A stretch of 64,000 bases of DNA from Macrostomum lignano. Taxonomy: Eukaryota. Shown here piece by piece: positions 34,875 to 48,120 of this stretch (positions are counted from its first letter, which is position 1; each line of letters opens with the position of its first letter). A program made the translations under genes and the position numbers. The stretch is taken from positions 310,001 through 374,000 of the forward strand of contig NIVC01000396.1 of assembly GCA_002269645.1 (NCBI GenBank), given 5' to 3'. The notes beneath the pieces were generated by a model. The model saw only the letters and a list, made by a program, of their open reading frames with translations. It was not told the origin of the DNA and did not search any database.

Positions 34875-37598
34875 AACAATTTGTTCTGAAAAAGTTTCAC
34901 AAGGAGATAAGGTTTGAAGAATCAATCAAGAGGCCAATGACAAACCAATTAGAATTGTATATAAAAAAAATTTAATGTAGGGACCCTAGGCCCCTATGAT
35001 TTTAAATAAAAATTATAATATAAGGCCTAGGCCCTATATATAGGCCTATAATTATAAAGTTGTGCCATTGTGGATTTTCTGATACAAAGTAGACAATATT
35101 AGGCCTAATTGGGCCTAGTCTAGTCTAGTTTTGATTATAGACTGTATATTAGATACAAAGGACATGAAAGGTCTCGAAATTAAGTACCAATTACCCCAAT
35201 TACCATAATATACTATTATTTTTTATTATTTTGAAACTGTCAGCCTACCATGTGATTTTTATCATTAGGCTATGGCCTAGGTCTAGGATGCCACTTTAGA
35301 CTAGGCCTTTGGCTTTGGTTAGGCCAACCTATCATTATAAAAATGCAGCAAAATATCATTCAAAAATATACATCTAACCCCTATAGGTTATCTTTGCATC
35401 CCAAATATAATATATAATAGGGTTTCTATTTTCTAATATATCTACAAATACAATTTTCACTGAAGGAGTGAAGATCAAAATTAGCATGTCAAAAAACCTT
35501 ACAAGCCACCGAATTTTAAAACTAGCTACCAAAAGTGGAACTGGAAGTATATAGCTAAGAAAAAACATAAACATAAACATAGCACATAGTGACACATAAT
35601 GAAATGATGACAACATGCAAGAGTGACAGAGTCCTCTTAGAAAGGAAAAATAGGCCTAGTAATTTATGTTTATGGGAAGTTAAGTCCGTAATTAACTAAA
35701 CCGAAACAAAATGGCCAACAAAATTGCTGGTAATATATTCAAAGCAATTTGTAGGTGAAGATTTTAACAAATTTATTAAACTATTTTTTGTATTTACAAT
35801 TTCGCTTTTATTAAATATATTTAAAACTTTATTAGATATACATAAAATAGCCTGAAATTTTTTATAAGCTTAGTTATTTATTTTCCCGTATGAACTCCCT
35901 GACATGGATGATTTTACCATGGAAAGTTTTAAAAATCCATGCATGAAAATACCATGAACATGCATGATTTATCAATGGATCATGGATCATAGATGATTTA
36001 TCCATGATAAGAGAGTAGGGTAATTGTAATGTGTGAAGCACACTCTTTTTGTCATTTTATAATAGTTATGTTTGATCCAAAAAACGTATCATGAAACTTA
36101 CTACGATTTTAAAAACAGGTTCAAGTTAATAAAAAAATTGATGCTTTTGTCGCAGTGACTTATTTTTCTTTGGTTGTTTGTTAGAGGCATAGGCCTACTA
36201 AAAGTAGCCTTTTGCTTGTAAATCTGCTGGAATTCTTCATAGCATGCATCTTCATTCTTTTCTCTGGCCATTGAAGGGGGTGAGTTTGTTATATCATATG
36301 ATTAGCAATGGCAGCAAAGTTATGATGGCAACTGCCACTAAAATTGCCTGTCACTTGGGATTTTCAAAATTTTTTGGAAAATTGGGTTCAGGTGGCAACT
36401 ACAGCTAGGGCCTAGCCAATATTCTAGAAAATAAAATAATAAAAAATTAATTACAAGCATATTTTTTCCAATTGAAACCAATTGAAAAGTTTGATACTTA
36501 GCAAAGCTGCGAGTTGTGCCACCTAAAGTAGAACACTAAGTACCTTACAAATTGTATTTGTTGACGCTTGAAAAATTACTGCAACAATTAACAGCATCGC
36601 GAAAACGACAATATTTCTCGATAAGTGCTGCCGCATAATTTGCCAGCTAGGATAAAAGTTATTTCTATATGTACCCTATTTTGAAAGGCAGTGCTTATCC
36701 CCACGGTACCGTAGGAATAATTTCTGTCTTATTCCAACGGTACCGTGGGGATAATTTTCTGCTTATCCGCATGGCACACTGACGAGATAGTTGCCCCATC
36801 TTCTACATATGCCGTGGGTTCATATTTTAGTTTAGTACTTACGGTTTGAGTGCAGTATAACAACATAACTTTGCTTGGCCATTATTTTTATAGAAGTAAA
36901 GATTTAATAGCCTTTTTACGCAAAAAAACACTTTTTTTGTATTTATGACATATGATTTAAGATGAATTGCTTTAGTAATTGTTTACAATTTAAGAACTTT
37001 TAGCAACTAGTCTAATCCCAACATCCCCGAAAAGTCCATTGCACGCATTTGTTTCCCGATCGATATTCAGATTGATATTCGAAAACTAACAAAATCTCTG
37101 CTCTGCAAAAATATTTTAGAACGCCGTTTGACAGAAAAAAAAGTGCAACTAAGAACATTGCAAAAATAAAGTTTCAGCTCTATCCGTCACTCTGGCTCGA
37201 AATGGCACCGATTTTCGATGTGCTCCCATTTAAAATACATGTGATTTTATAAGGCAGATCGATATTCGAGTTCGCTCACTTTGGCTTGACCATTCAACAT
37301 GAAATTTTACACACTAAAAAGTGCAACTAAGAAACCGATAAATATACAGTTTCAGCTTGATCCGTCACTCTGGCTCGAAATGGCACCGATTTTCGATGTG
37401 CTCCCATTTAAAATACATGTGATTTTATAAGGCAGATCGATATTCGAGTTCGCTCACTTTGGCTTGACCATTCAACATGAAATTTTATCTGTTCGAGCTG
37501 CCAAAACTTATTTTCGATCTGAACGAACGAAGCAACTGCAAATTACGTAGTGAATTTAAACAGCGCTTTTTTAATTTTACGAGTACATCTAGACTATT

Positions 37599-39741
37599 TG
37601 ATGTAACCGCCCTTGTCGCCTGTCCGCTCCTATTGAGAGACGAACGCTTGGCTAGAGGGGGCAATGAACGTAGGCTGCCTATGACCGGGCAATGACCTGA
37701 CGGACCTCCAGCACCAGACTGTCCCGCTCACATGATTAGTAGCTTTGGTAGCGCTTCGTGACCAGAGGGCCAAGGACCCACATGGACCCCACCTGTAGCC
37801 AAGGTGCAATAGTTGGTCACTCGGTCATGGTATGACCGAGTGGCTGCCACCACTCTATGTGACCTGGCGCACCTGGATCTTTCTACCAGACCTCTCGAGG
37901 CTAGAGCCCCGCCTGGATTGGTTACCAGGGGATTTAGGCTAACAGGGGAGACGCATGCAGCCGAGTACAGGGACTCTGCTTGGGGCATGATCGGGAACTC
38001 TGGGCTCAATCCTGGAGGATTTCTCAGCAGGGGATCCTTTGTGGCTGTGAGCGAGGCTGACTTGCGACTGTGATTACTAAGAGTAGTATGAGGCGAACAT
38101 GTACTGTCTATAGTTTAGATTGCTCAGGGCGAAGGGACGCGTTAGCATGGGGTTGCAACCTTCGTACTGCCATTCCGTGCCAAGACTCGCTAATCCATCG
38201 ACTGCACACACACACGGCCCCGCAGCACGCACTCACAGGCGGGCGTTGCACGGGGAGAGGCCATTAGCTTACCCAAACTTCCTTATGCTTTGCCACCCCG
38301 GGAGAAAGGCTTAGCAAGCCATGAGTTAAATGATGGTGAAAGATTGAATAATGATGAAGTTAGTTAGTAGTTAGTAATTAGGCCTCTAGGCGAATAATTA
38401 GGCAATTAGGCGGCTTCACTATTGAGTAAAATACAGCAAAAAGTTACGGTATCACAGTTGGCTCAGCTCTCTAATCAGACAATGGAAAATAGGCAAACCC
38501 CGGATAAGCAAAGGCAATTAGAGCACAAATTAGTAACAGGAACTTACCGGCAGCTGCACAGAGAGAGAGAGGCGGAGTGACCGAGGGCGGCTGTAGGCTG
38601 CAGTCAGGCAGACAGTGAAGCGGCGATGCGCTGGAGCGACGAGGCGCTGATGTAGATCAGGCGATGCTGATGATGCTGGGCGGTATCAGACCGCTGGCTG
38701 ATAGGCGAGCTCACTTGGGGAGCTAAGGATAACTTGGCGGTAACAGACCGCGGACCGGCAGGGATTCGTCTTATAGACGAATGGGTCAGAACTCAATCTG
38801 ACAGCAAGTCCAAAGAAGGACGAGGAGAGGAAGAGTGAAAACGCGACTGAGGATTCTCATGCCGAAATCGCTTCCTTTTATATACCTCACAGCCGCCTCC
38901 TCAAGGTCGTTACCATGGCTCCCTCTCTCTGATTGGCTGCCGGCAGAATGACGTCAGAATGAGTCATGATGAGAAGCATGAGACCGGCATAGCAACATGA
39001 GAAATCGGGAATTTGCGCAATCCGGAGGTGGGGTGGGGGGATAATTGGCGCAGCGGGTGGTCGCGAAAGTATTGCGCAAGCAAACATTGAGAACAATAGG
39101 GCTGGGGTCGAGAACAAAGGAATTGGAAAACGGGGATAATTGGGGAGAACTGAGAACAATGGAAAAGTAAACATTGGGGAAAAGGTGATAATTAGGTGCG
39201 AAAACGAGAACAATAGAAGCGGAGGTGGGGTGGGTGTCGCATGAGAAATTTGGGGAGGAGAACAATGGCATGAGAAAAGGTTGCGCAAGAGAGGGGGATG
39301 AGTCATCGATGAGTCACCGAGGGGGAGAGGGGGTCACACGACTTGCGTCACCGTTTGGGAGTTTGGGAGGGGATGGGGAGACGGTGAGCACACAAAATAC
39401 TGTAAGTAGACACAGAGAAAGAGGGGACAGCGCAGGAAAAGAGTGCAGAGGGAGACAAAAAGAGGGGAGATAGGGAAAGTACAGGAAGAATAGGGCGGAA
39501 AACAGAAGAGATAGGGTAGAGGGGGAGGTACAGAAAGGGGTAGGGGGCTCCGGAAAGGCAGGTGTGGCGGCAGGGGAGATGGGACCAAGGCAGCAGGAGG
39601 GGTGCAGCAGAGCGGGAGTCTCCAGGCCCGGTCGGAGACCTGGCCGAGTCTCGACAGCTCTGTGCAGAGGGTGCACGGGATAGGAGGCACTTTCGAAAAA
39701 GTTCCCATGCCCTATCCCGCGACCAGAGCGTGGTTACATCA
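37599..39741 (-). mobile_element. Solo LTR, 2.14 kb
   Basis: Termini TGATGTAACC...GGTTACATCA (10-bp perfect inverted repeat, TG...CA), 4-bp TSD TATT (37595-98, 39742-45), internal minus-strand TATA/CCAAT promoter, no coding capacity. Confidence 0.8.
38876..38966 (-). promoter_or_regulatory. Pol II promoter motif cluster within the solo LTR
   Basis: Minus-strand order: AP-1-like TGACTCA (38960-66), CRE TGACGTCA (38949-56), CCAAT (38932-36), TATATAAAA (38876-84). Confidence 0.65.
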
Positions 39742-40418
39742 TATTTCTTAAAGCATACTAGGTAATCGTATAGGAATTACGAATCGTGCATCTCATCGTT
39801 AGTGCAATCGCACAGTTTTTATTGTTATAATTTTCTTTTACAAACTCTCATACTCCATCAGCCAGGTGCGGATCCAGGAATTTCTTAAGTGGGGCCTAAT
39901 GCAATGCTAGATCACCGAGGGCCTTTGGGCCGGATTGGAAGGGCCGGATCTGGCCTTGGGGCCGAGGGCTGTTGACCCCCTGCTATAAGTCTTAATTTAT
40001 AAGTAAGTTAATTCTCATATAGCTATAAGTCCCAAACAACGTTGTTGCCTTCATGCGTAAAATTTATGAGAAAGAAATAACGTTTCCTATCAAAATAGAA
40101 CAAAACTTCTGGAAGAAACGTTTTCAACCTCGTTCTGATCCCCAGATTTGTGGCTTTTTTTCTGTTTTCGGTGATTTATGGCCGTCTAGGCTGCCACTTT
40201 TGGCTCCAGCCTGTCTGGGTCAAAGAGGTCTTTCCAGCTTTCTCCCCACTCACTCTGTTGCTTTCTCCTTGGATTTATGGGCGTTTTGCTGTCACTTTTG
40301 GCGCCAGGATGTCTAGACAAGTGACTTTTATTATGTTTTGCTTATGATTTATGACCGCACCTGTCAACTTCCCTGGGGTCTGAAGGTCTGGGGCCACCTG
40401 GTGGGGTGGGTTTTGGGG

Positions 40419-41197
40419 TGTTGGGCTCAGCCAATCAGAGTCGAACTGACTGTCCCCGGCTCGACCAATCAGAAAATTCGGCGCCTATTTTAACAAAAGC
40501 TCTCAGCCAATCGGAAAATTCGGCGTGCGTTATAACAAATCGGCCGCGTGAGAGCTATAAAAGGCGGCAACTCGACCCGCGCTCGAGTAACCCGCCTCCT
40601 CCGGGACCTTCCCTGCCCTGCTGCTTCCTCTTCTGGTCCTGCCGACCTGATCCCCCTTTCCCCGGCAGTTTCGGCTTCAACAGCTAAGTCCCTCTGAGAA
40701 GCATCATCAATATCTCCCAGCAGTGATCTAAGAGCAGCAACGACTATCGGCAAGCGAAGAGCAGCGGCGGCAATCGTCAGTCAAGATCAGCAACAGCATC
40801 CCATCTGAGTGCTTCGGTCTCTGTGGATTCCTTGGCTACCGGCAGATAGGTCCTCTGATTGGTTTGGTTTTAGACAGCTAAAAGACACTAGATGGCTGGT
40901 AAGTGCAGTGCCCCTCTAGTCGGAAGTCCGATTCCGATAGCTCCGGTTTGGTGAGCCAGGGCGCACGGACTGGTGGCAGCGAGTTAGTTAATCCGTGGGT
41001 TTAGCTAATTTCTACCTTTCAAATTCTCCCTGCTTGTCTCTCGCTGTCTTCGCCTAGCAATAGGACCTTGCTGCTCGCCCACAATCTGGCTACCATGGGG
41101 CTGACCATCTGACAGGAGTGAGAGGCCAGAGCTCTTAGTGATTCATTTCTGAGTTCTGAGGCCCGAAGCTACAGGCTTAAAAAGGCCGAACCCATCA
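40419..41197 (+). mobile_element. LTR-like segment with plus-strand promoter
   Basis: Imperfect terminal inverted repeat TGTTGGGCTCAGCC / GGCCGAACCCATCA; three CCAAT boxes (40431, 40465, 40507); TATAAAA (40556); GTAAGT donor (40899); G-rich tract just upstream. No TSD found. Confidence 0.5.
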
Positions 41198-42816
41198 GGA
41201 GCACATCGAAAATCGGTGCCATTTCAAGCCAGAGTGACGGATCGAGCTGAAACTGTATATTTATCGGTTTCTGGTTTGCACTTTTTAGTGTGTAAAATTT
41301 CATGTTGAATGGTCAAGCCAAAGTGAGCGAACTCGAATATCGATCTGCCTTATAAAATCACATGTATTTTAAATGGGAGCACATCGAAAATCGGTGCCAT
41401 TTCGAGCCAGAGTGACAGATCGAGCTGAAACTGCATATTTGTCGGTTTCTTGGTTGCACTTTTTAGTGTGTAAAATTTCATGTTGAATGGTCAAGCCAAA
41501 GTGAGCGAACTCGAATATCGATCTGCCTTATAAAATCACATGTATTTTAAATGGGAGCACATCGAAAATCGGTGCCATTTCGAGCCAGAGTGACGGATAG
41601 AGCTGAAACTTTATTTTTGCAATGTTCTTAGTTGCACTTTTTTTCTGTCAAACGGCGTTCTAAAATATTTTTGCAGAGCAGAGATTTTGTTAGTTTTCGA
41701 ATATCAATCTGAATATCGATCGGGAAACAAATGCGTGTCCATTGCCGCTGCTTCTGTAGACTTCTTACTAGACTTGTAAATTCTCAATTTGTTTGTATAG
41801 ATTATTGCATTGCTTCAACAATTCACCCGTGCGGATAAGCAGAAAATTATTCCCACGGCATATGTAGAAGATGGGGCAGCTATCTCGTCAATGTGCCGTG
41901 CGGATAAGCAGAAAATTATCCCCACGGTACCGTTGGAATAAGACAGAAATTATTCCTACGGTACCGTGGGGATAAGCACAGCCATTTTTGAAAACTAATA
42001 ATCTATTAAGCACATTGGTACATCTATTCTCCTGCTGAGCCTGCCTGCGCGAAATATTCTGGTCCTTCTGATCCTACCTTTGCCACCACAACCATCATAG
42101 TCCCTGTGAGAGTACTTTAAATTGGCTACTGTACTGGCACAAGGGAGGAGACAGTTATAAAACACTAGCTCTAGGTGGGTTCCTGGGCCCATTTGGTCTG
42201 AAGGCCTATTTTGACAGTTCTCTGTTTGGTAAGCAAGTTTGCATGACATAGTGCAGCATTTGCTAGTGCACATTCCTGCTCAGCTATATTAGGCCTACCC
42301 AATTCAATTCTGCTTACTGTTGCTGGTCACCTGCTATCCCTCCTAGCATTAGGATAAGACCTTAGCCACTTGCTACATACTTTGCTATAGCCAGGGCTAG
42401 CACACATGCAGTATGCTTGTAGAAATAGCTAAGTGGCGGCCTAAATGCTTATATAGATAGAGATCAGTATTTAGAGGATATACATGTATATATAGAAGTA
42501 GAGCTAGAATAGTAATAAAGGCCAAATTAGGCCTAACTATAGATGCTAAAAAGTCAGCGCTTATTCTTTGGACCCCCTGTTGAATGTTTCTGAATCCGCA
42601 GTCTGCTGTTCATCCGCTTTTTAACCAGTAAATCCATTCCAAATTGCATCCATTTCTGCCATCCACATTTTTTACCTTCTATTTCCATATTCTGTGTTTT
42701 ATCCACTGCATTTGGTCCGTATCCATGTCCATTTTTGCATTTTATCTTCTATTTCCATATTCCACATTTTATCTAATGTATCCGGTCTGTATCCATGTCT
42801 ATTTCCGCGTTTTATT

Positions 42817-45800
42817 TAGGGGTAGGACGTGATCACGATCGTGATCACGATATCGTGAATTCACGACCTTTTTCAGTGTCGTGAATTCACGAGTCGTGAA
42901 ACATTTTTCACGTGCGTGATCGTGATTGTGGGTTTCTTTCAGCTTCAGATGTTACTATGTTTATACTTTTCAGTTCCCCAAACCACAATCGTGTACAGTC
43001 CTAAATGTAGACTTACTTGGTTTTTGTTTTTCTTTTCAAATACAACGAATGTGTTTTAACACAAAACTTACAGAATAGAGTTTTCAGTTTACTTTACTTA
43101 GTTCAGAAAGTTCGAAGTTAAAGTGGATTTTCGAAGTTCAAAGCTTACTGCCTTATTCTTTTCAATCTTTTGTTTATTTTGTAAAATGTAAAATTAAAAC
43201 TGAAAAGCACTGAATGAAAATATAAATTGTATATATGTATGACTGTATATAAATTTCACTACATGATAGTACATGACATGTACAGACAAGTGTTTGTTAA
43301 CTTGCTTAGCTGCCTACAGAACTGAAAACAGTGAAAAGTGAAAAACAGAAAAGCTTATCAGTGTATGAATATGAAGTATAAAAGAGTACATGTAGGTTTA
43401 CTACTTTACTTTTACGTTCTACACATATAGTGTTATTACAATGACTAATTTAAGTCTAATCTATACTATACTAGCTACATGCAAAAAATCATACTACAGA
43501 GTCTACAGACTACAGAGTACACAGCTACACACTATAGCAACAGTTATCTATTCCTTATCGATAAACTTTTTCTTGTAGCTCCAACTCTACTTGTTCTATA
43601 GTCTTTGATTATTTATTTTCTCTATCATTATCTTGTCTCTCTGATCTCAATCTTCAAAAAAGTAAAACTAATCACTAATCAGCAATAACAGCAATGAATT
43701 GAATGGACCCTGCTCATTTCTCTATGGGTCAAACTTCCGAACATTATAGTTAATAAAAACAAGCTTTTCAACGGTTTCGCCAAGCAGGCGACGTCGTTTC
43801 GGCTCGTAGATGTTTCCAACGTTGCTGAAGATACGCTCACTTGGAACACTGGTAGGTGGTGGTCCCAGAAATTTCCGAACAAGTGCTGACATTGCAGTTG
43901 ATGGAGTCTTGTCTCTCCAGAACTTCATTGGGTCTTCCTCAAATGGAAGTCGAGGCTCTGATAGGTAGGCTGCCATTTCACGAGCCAACTTGTCCATAGC
44001 ATTGCCTCTGTTTGAAACTGGCAGTAGCGTTCCGGCCCTAGACAGGTCACGCAGAGTTGCAGCTGCAGCACTAGAAGTAGAAGACTTCTCGAACAGGGCT
44101 GACATAGATAGCTGCTGAGGCTGAGACTCAGTTTGTCTAAAAAGGTGAAATTAAAAGTTAAAAGTTAAAACAAAGAGAACTTTGATATATTAGTTATAAA
44201 ATTTATAACTTACAGATGTAGCAAATGTAATTTATAATTTAATTTTTTTGTTACATGTACATGTACATTGAATTATGAAATAGAGGAAATACTCACGGCT
44301 CAGTTTCGATAGATACATCGGAGAGGTCCTCGTCTATGGCTGTATCGCCATCAACAGTAGGAAGAGAAGTTTCACGCAAAATTTCATTCATTGCTTTTAC
44401 GAGCTCAGCCTTAGCAAAGTTGCGCTGCTCTTCATCGAAAAAATCTAGCCGGAAGCGTGGGTCTAACATCGTAGCAACAATGTGGTGGTGACTCTTTTTT
44501 TCGTCAGAGAAGCGTTGAGTCAACCCTTTCACCAGGTCGTCTCGAAGGTACGTGATGCCAAAGCAGTCTACCTGCTGCAGATGCTCCAGCGACACTTTCA
44601 CCATCGGCAAGATACACGAGATGCTGGCAGTTTCCCTGCTGACTTCTAGCGTAAAAACCTCAAAAATCTCAAGAAGTTTGACAGCTTTCTTTGAAACATC
44701 TGACTCATTGTCCGTCAGGATTTCAATTGGTCGGTGTCTGGTGCGATAGACACTAAACGCTTCCTCTTGCTCGTTGATTCGGCGTAACATGGCTAGTGTT
44801 GAATTCCAGCGTGTGTCTACATCTTGCACGAGGCTGTGTGTTGGTAGCTTCAGCTGGAGCTGCAGTGTTTTGAGGTTTGCTTGAGCGGTTACAGAGTGGT
44901 GGAAGTGGCCAACAATGCTCCGTGCTTTGTCAAGTATTGTCTTCAGTCCTCGATGACCGGAGATGGAATCCTTAACAACAAGGTTCAGCTTGTGGGCAGC
45001 ACAATGGGCAGATGGTACTTTCAGAAGTTCTCCTGCAAGCTTCATGTTGCTGGCCCCATCACGCAGGAGGAGGCTGACTTGCTCTAAGCCAATGCCCCAC
45101 TCACCAAGGGTTGTCGAAAAAACGGCCGAGATGTTAAGCCCAGTATGGGCATCAGTGAATGGCTTTACGCACAGTAAAAGCTGCTTACGCTCAAAATCTG
45201 GCGTGATAGAATGGATTGTGAAGGACATGAGTGCCAACTGGCCGTCACTCCACAAGTCACACGTGAAACCGAAATCTCGCAGTCTGTCTATTTCGTCCTG
45301 GACCTGCAATTTAATTTCTTCATAGAGAGTCTCTAGCTTGTCATGATAAAATCGAGTGCTCTTCAATCGATATTGCGGACATGCTTCTTTCAACAGATCG
45401 CGAAAGCCTTCACCTTCTACCACAGAGAATGGCTGTGAATCCAACACAATAAAGCGGAGAATTTTTCGATCAATTGCAACCGAACGAGGGTGCGAATCCG
45501 ACCATTCTTGAGCATTTGCTTGAGCAAACATTGTGCTCAACTTCTGCTGCTTCAATGGTTGTGGTCCATCTTTACATTTTGGCTTTGCACGATCTGCCTC
45601 AGTGTTTAGGAGCTCTTTGAATTGAATTGGATGGCAGGATTCTATGTGTCTTCGCATGCTGCCTGTTGATCCTGTGTTTCGTAGAACCTCCTTCTTACAA
45701 GCTAGGCAAGCAGCAGAATTCTCTTTTCCTTCAACGTCTTTAAAGTACAACCACACAGCACTGCCTCTTCCTCGAGGTTGCTGGGTTGGCTTATCAACAG

Positions 45801-47029
45801 AGGCCATTGCAAATGAATGGCTGAAATTGTTTGATTTGTAAATTGTAAATTGTAATGTAATATTGTGTAATTGCCTATTTTAATTTGCTAGGTAGAAAAG
45901 CAAAGAAAAAACAAGTATTATATTATTTTAAATTAAAATATTTATTTATATTTTAAATAAAATATTGCATAGTATAGCAGTATAGTGTAAATGTAAAGTC
46001 ACTACAGACTTTAAAGTCAAATAGGCTAGAAAAAAATATTTTTAGACTAACCATATAGATTAGAAATATACTACTATGCATCAGGCAATCAGGCATACAT
46101 ATTCAATATACCAGTGTACCACATGATAGTACTAGTACATAATAGTTAATACTATATTGAATATTGAATATTATTCATTATTCAATTCAATTCAAGAAGA
46201 AAAAGTATTTAATATTTGTGTTTGACTATTATTATTACTATTAACAAATGACAATAACAATAGCAAATAACAATTTAATTTAGCATATCCATCAAGTATA
46301 TTTGCTACTTAGTACTTAGACTTAGTCAACCTTAATTTTTAATTTACAGCAATTTATTTTAGTAAAAAAATACTATGCTTATATATTAAAAATTATTAGT
46401 TATAAATTATAATTACTAAATAACTATTAGACAATCAGATTATAAAATTATGCTCTAGTATCTACTATCTATCTGTATAGTATCTAATCTATTTATACAT
46501 TATTATAGCATAAAAATAATAAGAAGAAAGAAAAACTCAAATATGCAAATTCATGATCAAAATGAAATGAAATTTTTTTTTAACTATTTATTTAATACTA
46601 AATTCTAAAATAGTAATAGTAGCAAATACTACTTTTAAATTAAAAATTTAAAAATAAAAATACTAAATAGTTACAGCTTTCAGCTTAGTTTGAGCTTTGA
46701 GAAAGCCAAAAAGCAACACAAATGTCTAAGAAGTAAGAACTTCTTACTTCTCAGCCAGACTCTGAGTTCCTTCTCAACCAGAGAAGAAAGCCAGATGGGC
46801 AGATGCAGATGGTATAAGCTGATGGTATAGAAGCACTTAAAAATAGAATCAAACACATTAACTGATAGAAAAATTCAAATTTGAAGAAAAAAAAACAAAA
46901 TTTGAACGGAAATTTTTTACTTTTAATTTTTCACGAACCAATCACGATCACGATCACGATCACGGCAAAGCTGAAATTATTCACGACTACTCACGCCCGA
47001 CCCAAAAATTTTTGCTCGTCCGACCTCTA
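42817..47029 (-). mobile_element. hAT DNA transposon, 4.2 kb, apparently autonomous
   Basis: 8-bp TSD GTTTTATT (42809-16, 47030-37); TIRs TAGGGGTAGGACG / TAGAGGTCGGACG; subterminal TCACG/CGTGA clusters at both ends. Confidence 0.93.
43722..45807 (-). CDS. hAT transposase (BED finger + DDE core + hATC dimerisation domain), 641 aa, complement(join(43722..44136,44297..45807))
   Basis: BED motif WLYF...CLAC...STGSMRRHIESCH; CDLWS, CAAHKLNL, DVDTRWNST; DPMKFW and PPTSVPSERIFS in exon 2. A phase-2 GTGAGT...TTTAG intron restores one frame. Confidence 0.92.
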
Positions 47030-47149
47030 GTTTTATTTGGTGTGTGCCTTATTGTACCAAAGCAGCTTGGATTGGCACAAGCATAGCTTCTGAATGTAAT
47101 AACTGCAGGAGTGGATATAGTGTCAGTTGCACCCCCTCAGCCTATTGCT

Positions 47150-48120
47150 TTAATTTCCTATACCGGTCCACTTCATTGTTTGTTTATATAGCCTGACTAA
47201 ACAGGCTGATCTCCTGCACTCCATGCACTTGTTTGGATAGCCATGTTGTGTTGACATACTTAGCCATGTCTAGCAGCAACAGTGAATAAACTCTAGCAAT
47301 GACTTGGAAGAGTCCATTACTCATATGCTCTGCTGGCAAGTAAGGCAAGGCTATCAGTATCTGAATGAAGTTGCAAGTGCCGGGGTCCACTAGATACCTT
47401 CGCTGCAGGCCTTGCTGCTATACTTGGCAGAAAATAGCTTGAGCATAGTGAAAGAGACCACCTTGGCACCTTGCTAAGTTGCTACCAGGAACATAGTGCA
47501 TAAAGCCTGTCAAGCTATGGCCTCAAAGTTCAGGATACAGACCTCTAAGGTCAAGTTGCCAAAGGCCTGTCTCAATGAGTAAAAAATGGCTATGTAATCA
47601 GGCAAAGCCTTGCCACATTGCGAAGCAGGCCAGTGGGACCTGCTTTGCATCATAGTTACACCTCGTCAAATATAACAATGAAGGAATATAGTTGTTTGAA
47701 TGGCGCATGGATGATATCAAAAGTCCCATCCAAGAACCATACTTTATGTGATACAACAATGTCAAGCTGATTGGAGGTGAACAATAGGAAATGGCGCTTG
47801 CTTGTTCTTTCAACATGGATATTGTTGCATAGAAATCCCCAAAGGATTTGATCCAGTGCCATTTCAAACTAGAGGTTGGCAGGTAGTTGAGGTTGGGAGG
47901 CTTCACAAGTCCAATTGGCAATCTATACCAACTGAGTAATGGAAGGTAGATCTAGGCCATTGCTTGCAAGCTCCAGCATTTTAGATTTGTTGATGGCCAC
48001 TACTAATTGGAAGCATTGGCACTTTGCTTCATCTTTGATTTTGACAATGTTTAACAACAAGGTCATTTTGTCAATTGCAAATGCTGCTACCCCTGCCAAA
48101 TTGTCACTATCAACCATTTA
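47150..48120 (-). pseudogene. Decayed Mutator (MULE) transposase
   Basis: Fragments WFLDGTFDIIHAPFKQLYSF, QVPLA, GLFHYAQAIF..V*QQGL..RY and IALPYLP lie across frames with stops. Confidence 0.82.

Larger units (their letters stand above)
29355..36020 (-). mobile_element. EnSpm/CACTA (CMC superfamily) DNA transposon, 6.67 kb
   Basis: Imperfect TIRs CCCTACTCTC...CATGGATAAATCAT at both ends, 2-bp TA TSD (29353-54, 36021-22), multiple subterminal CATGGAT/ATCCATG motifs, internal Tnp2-type transposase. Confidence 0.88.
37043..41736. mobile_element. Non-autonomous foldback/MULE-type element with 178-bp repeats in its TIRs
   Basis: 9-bp TSD GTCCATTGC (37034-37042, 41737-41745); TIRs begin ACGCATTTGTTTCCCG; TIRs 37043-37487 and 41198-41736 contain tandem 178-bp units; no transposase. 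Confidence 0.85.
36687..41983. mobile_element. MITE-like element (~0.6 kb de-nested, ~135-bp TIRs with CCACGGTACCGTGG palindromes), host of nested insertions
   Basis: GGCAGTGCTTATCCCCACGGTACC at 36687 is the inverse of GGTACCGTGGGGATAAGCACAGCC ending at 41983. Flanks ATTTTGAAA / ATTTTTGAAA suggest an imperfect 9-bp TSD. Confidence 0.72.

Noticed and set aside
39863-39990. CAGGTGCGGATCCAGGAATTT resembling a hAT-type MITE end
   Set aside because: No partner TIR or TSD found.
40299-40309. TGGCGCCAGGA as a retroelement primer-binding site (TRIM-like structure)
   Set aside because: Not preceded by a copy of the LTR end, and tRNA complementarity cannot be verified.
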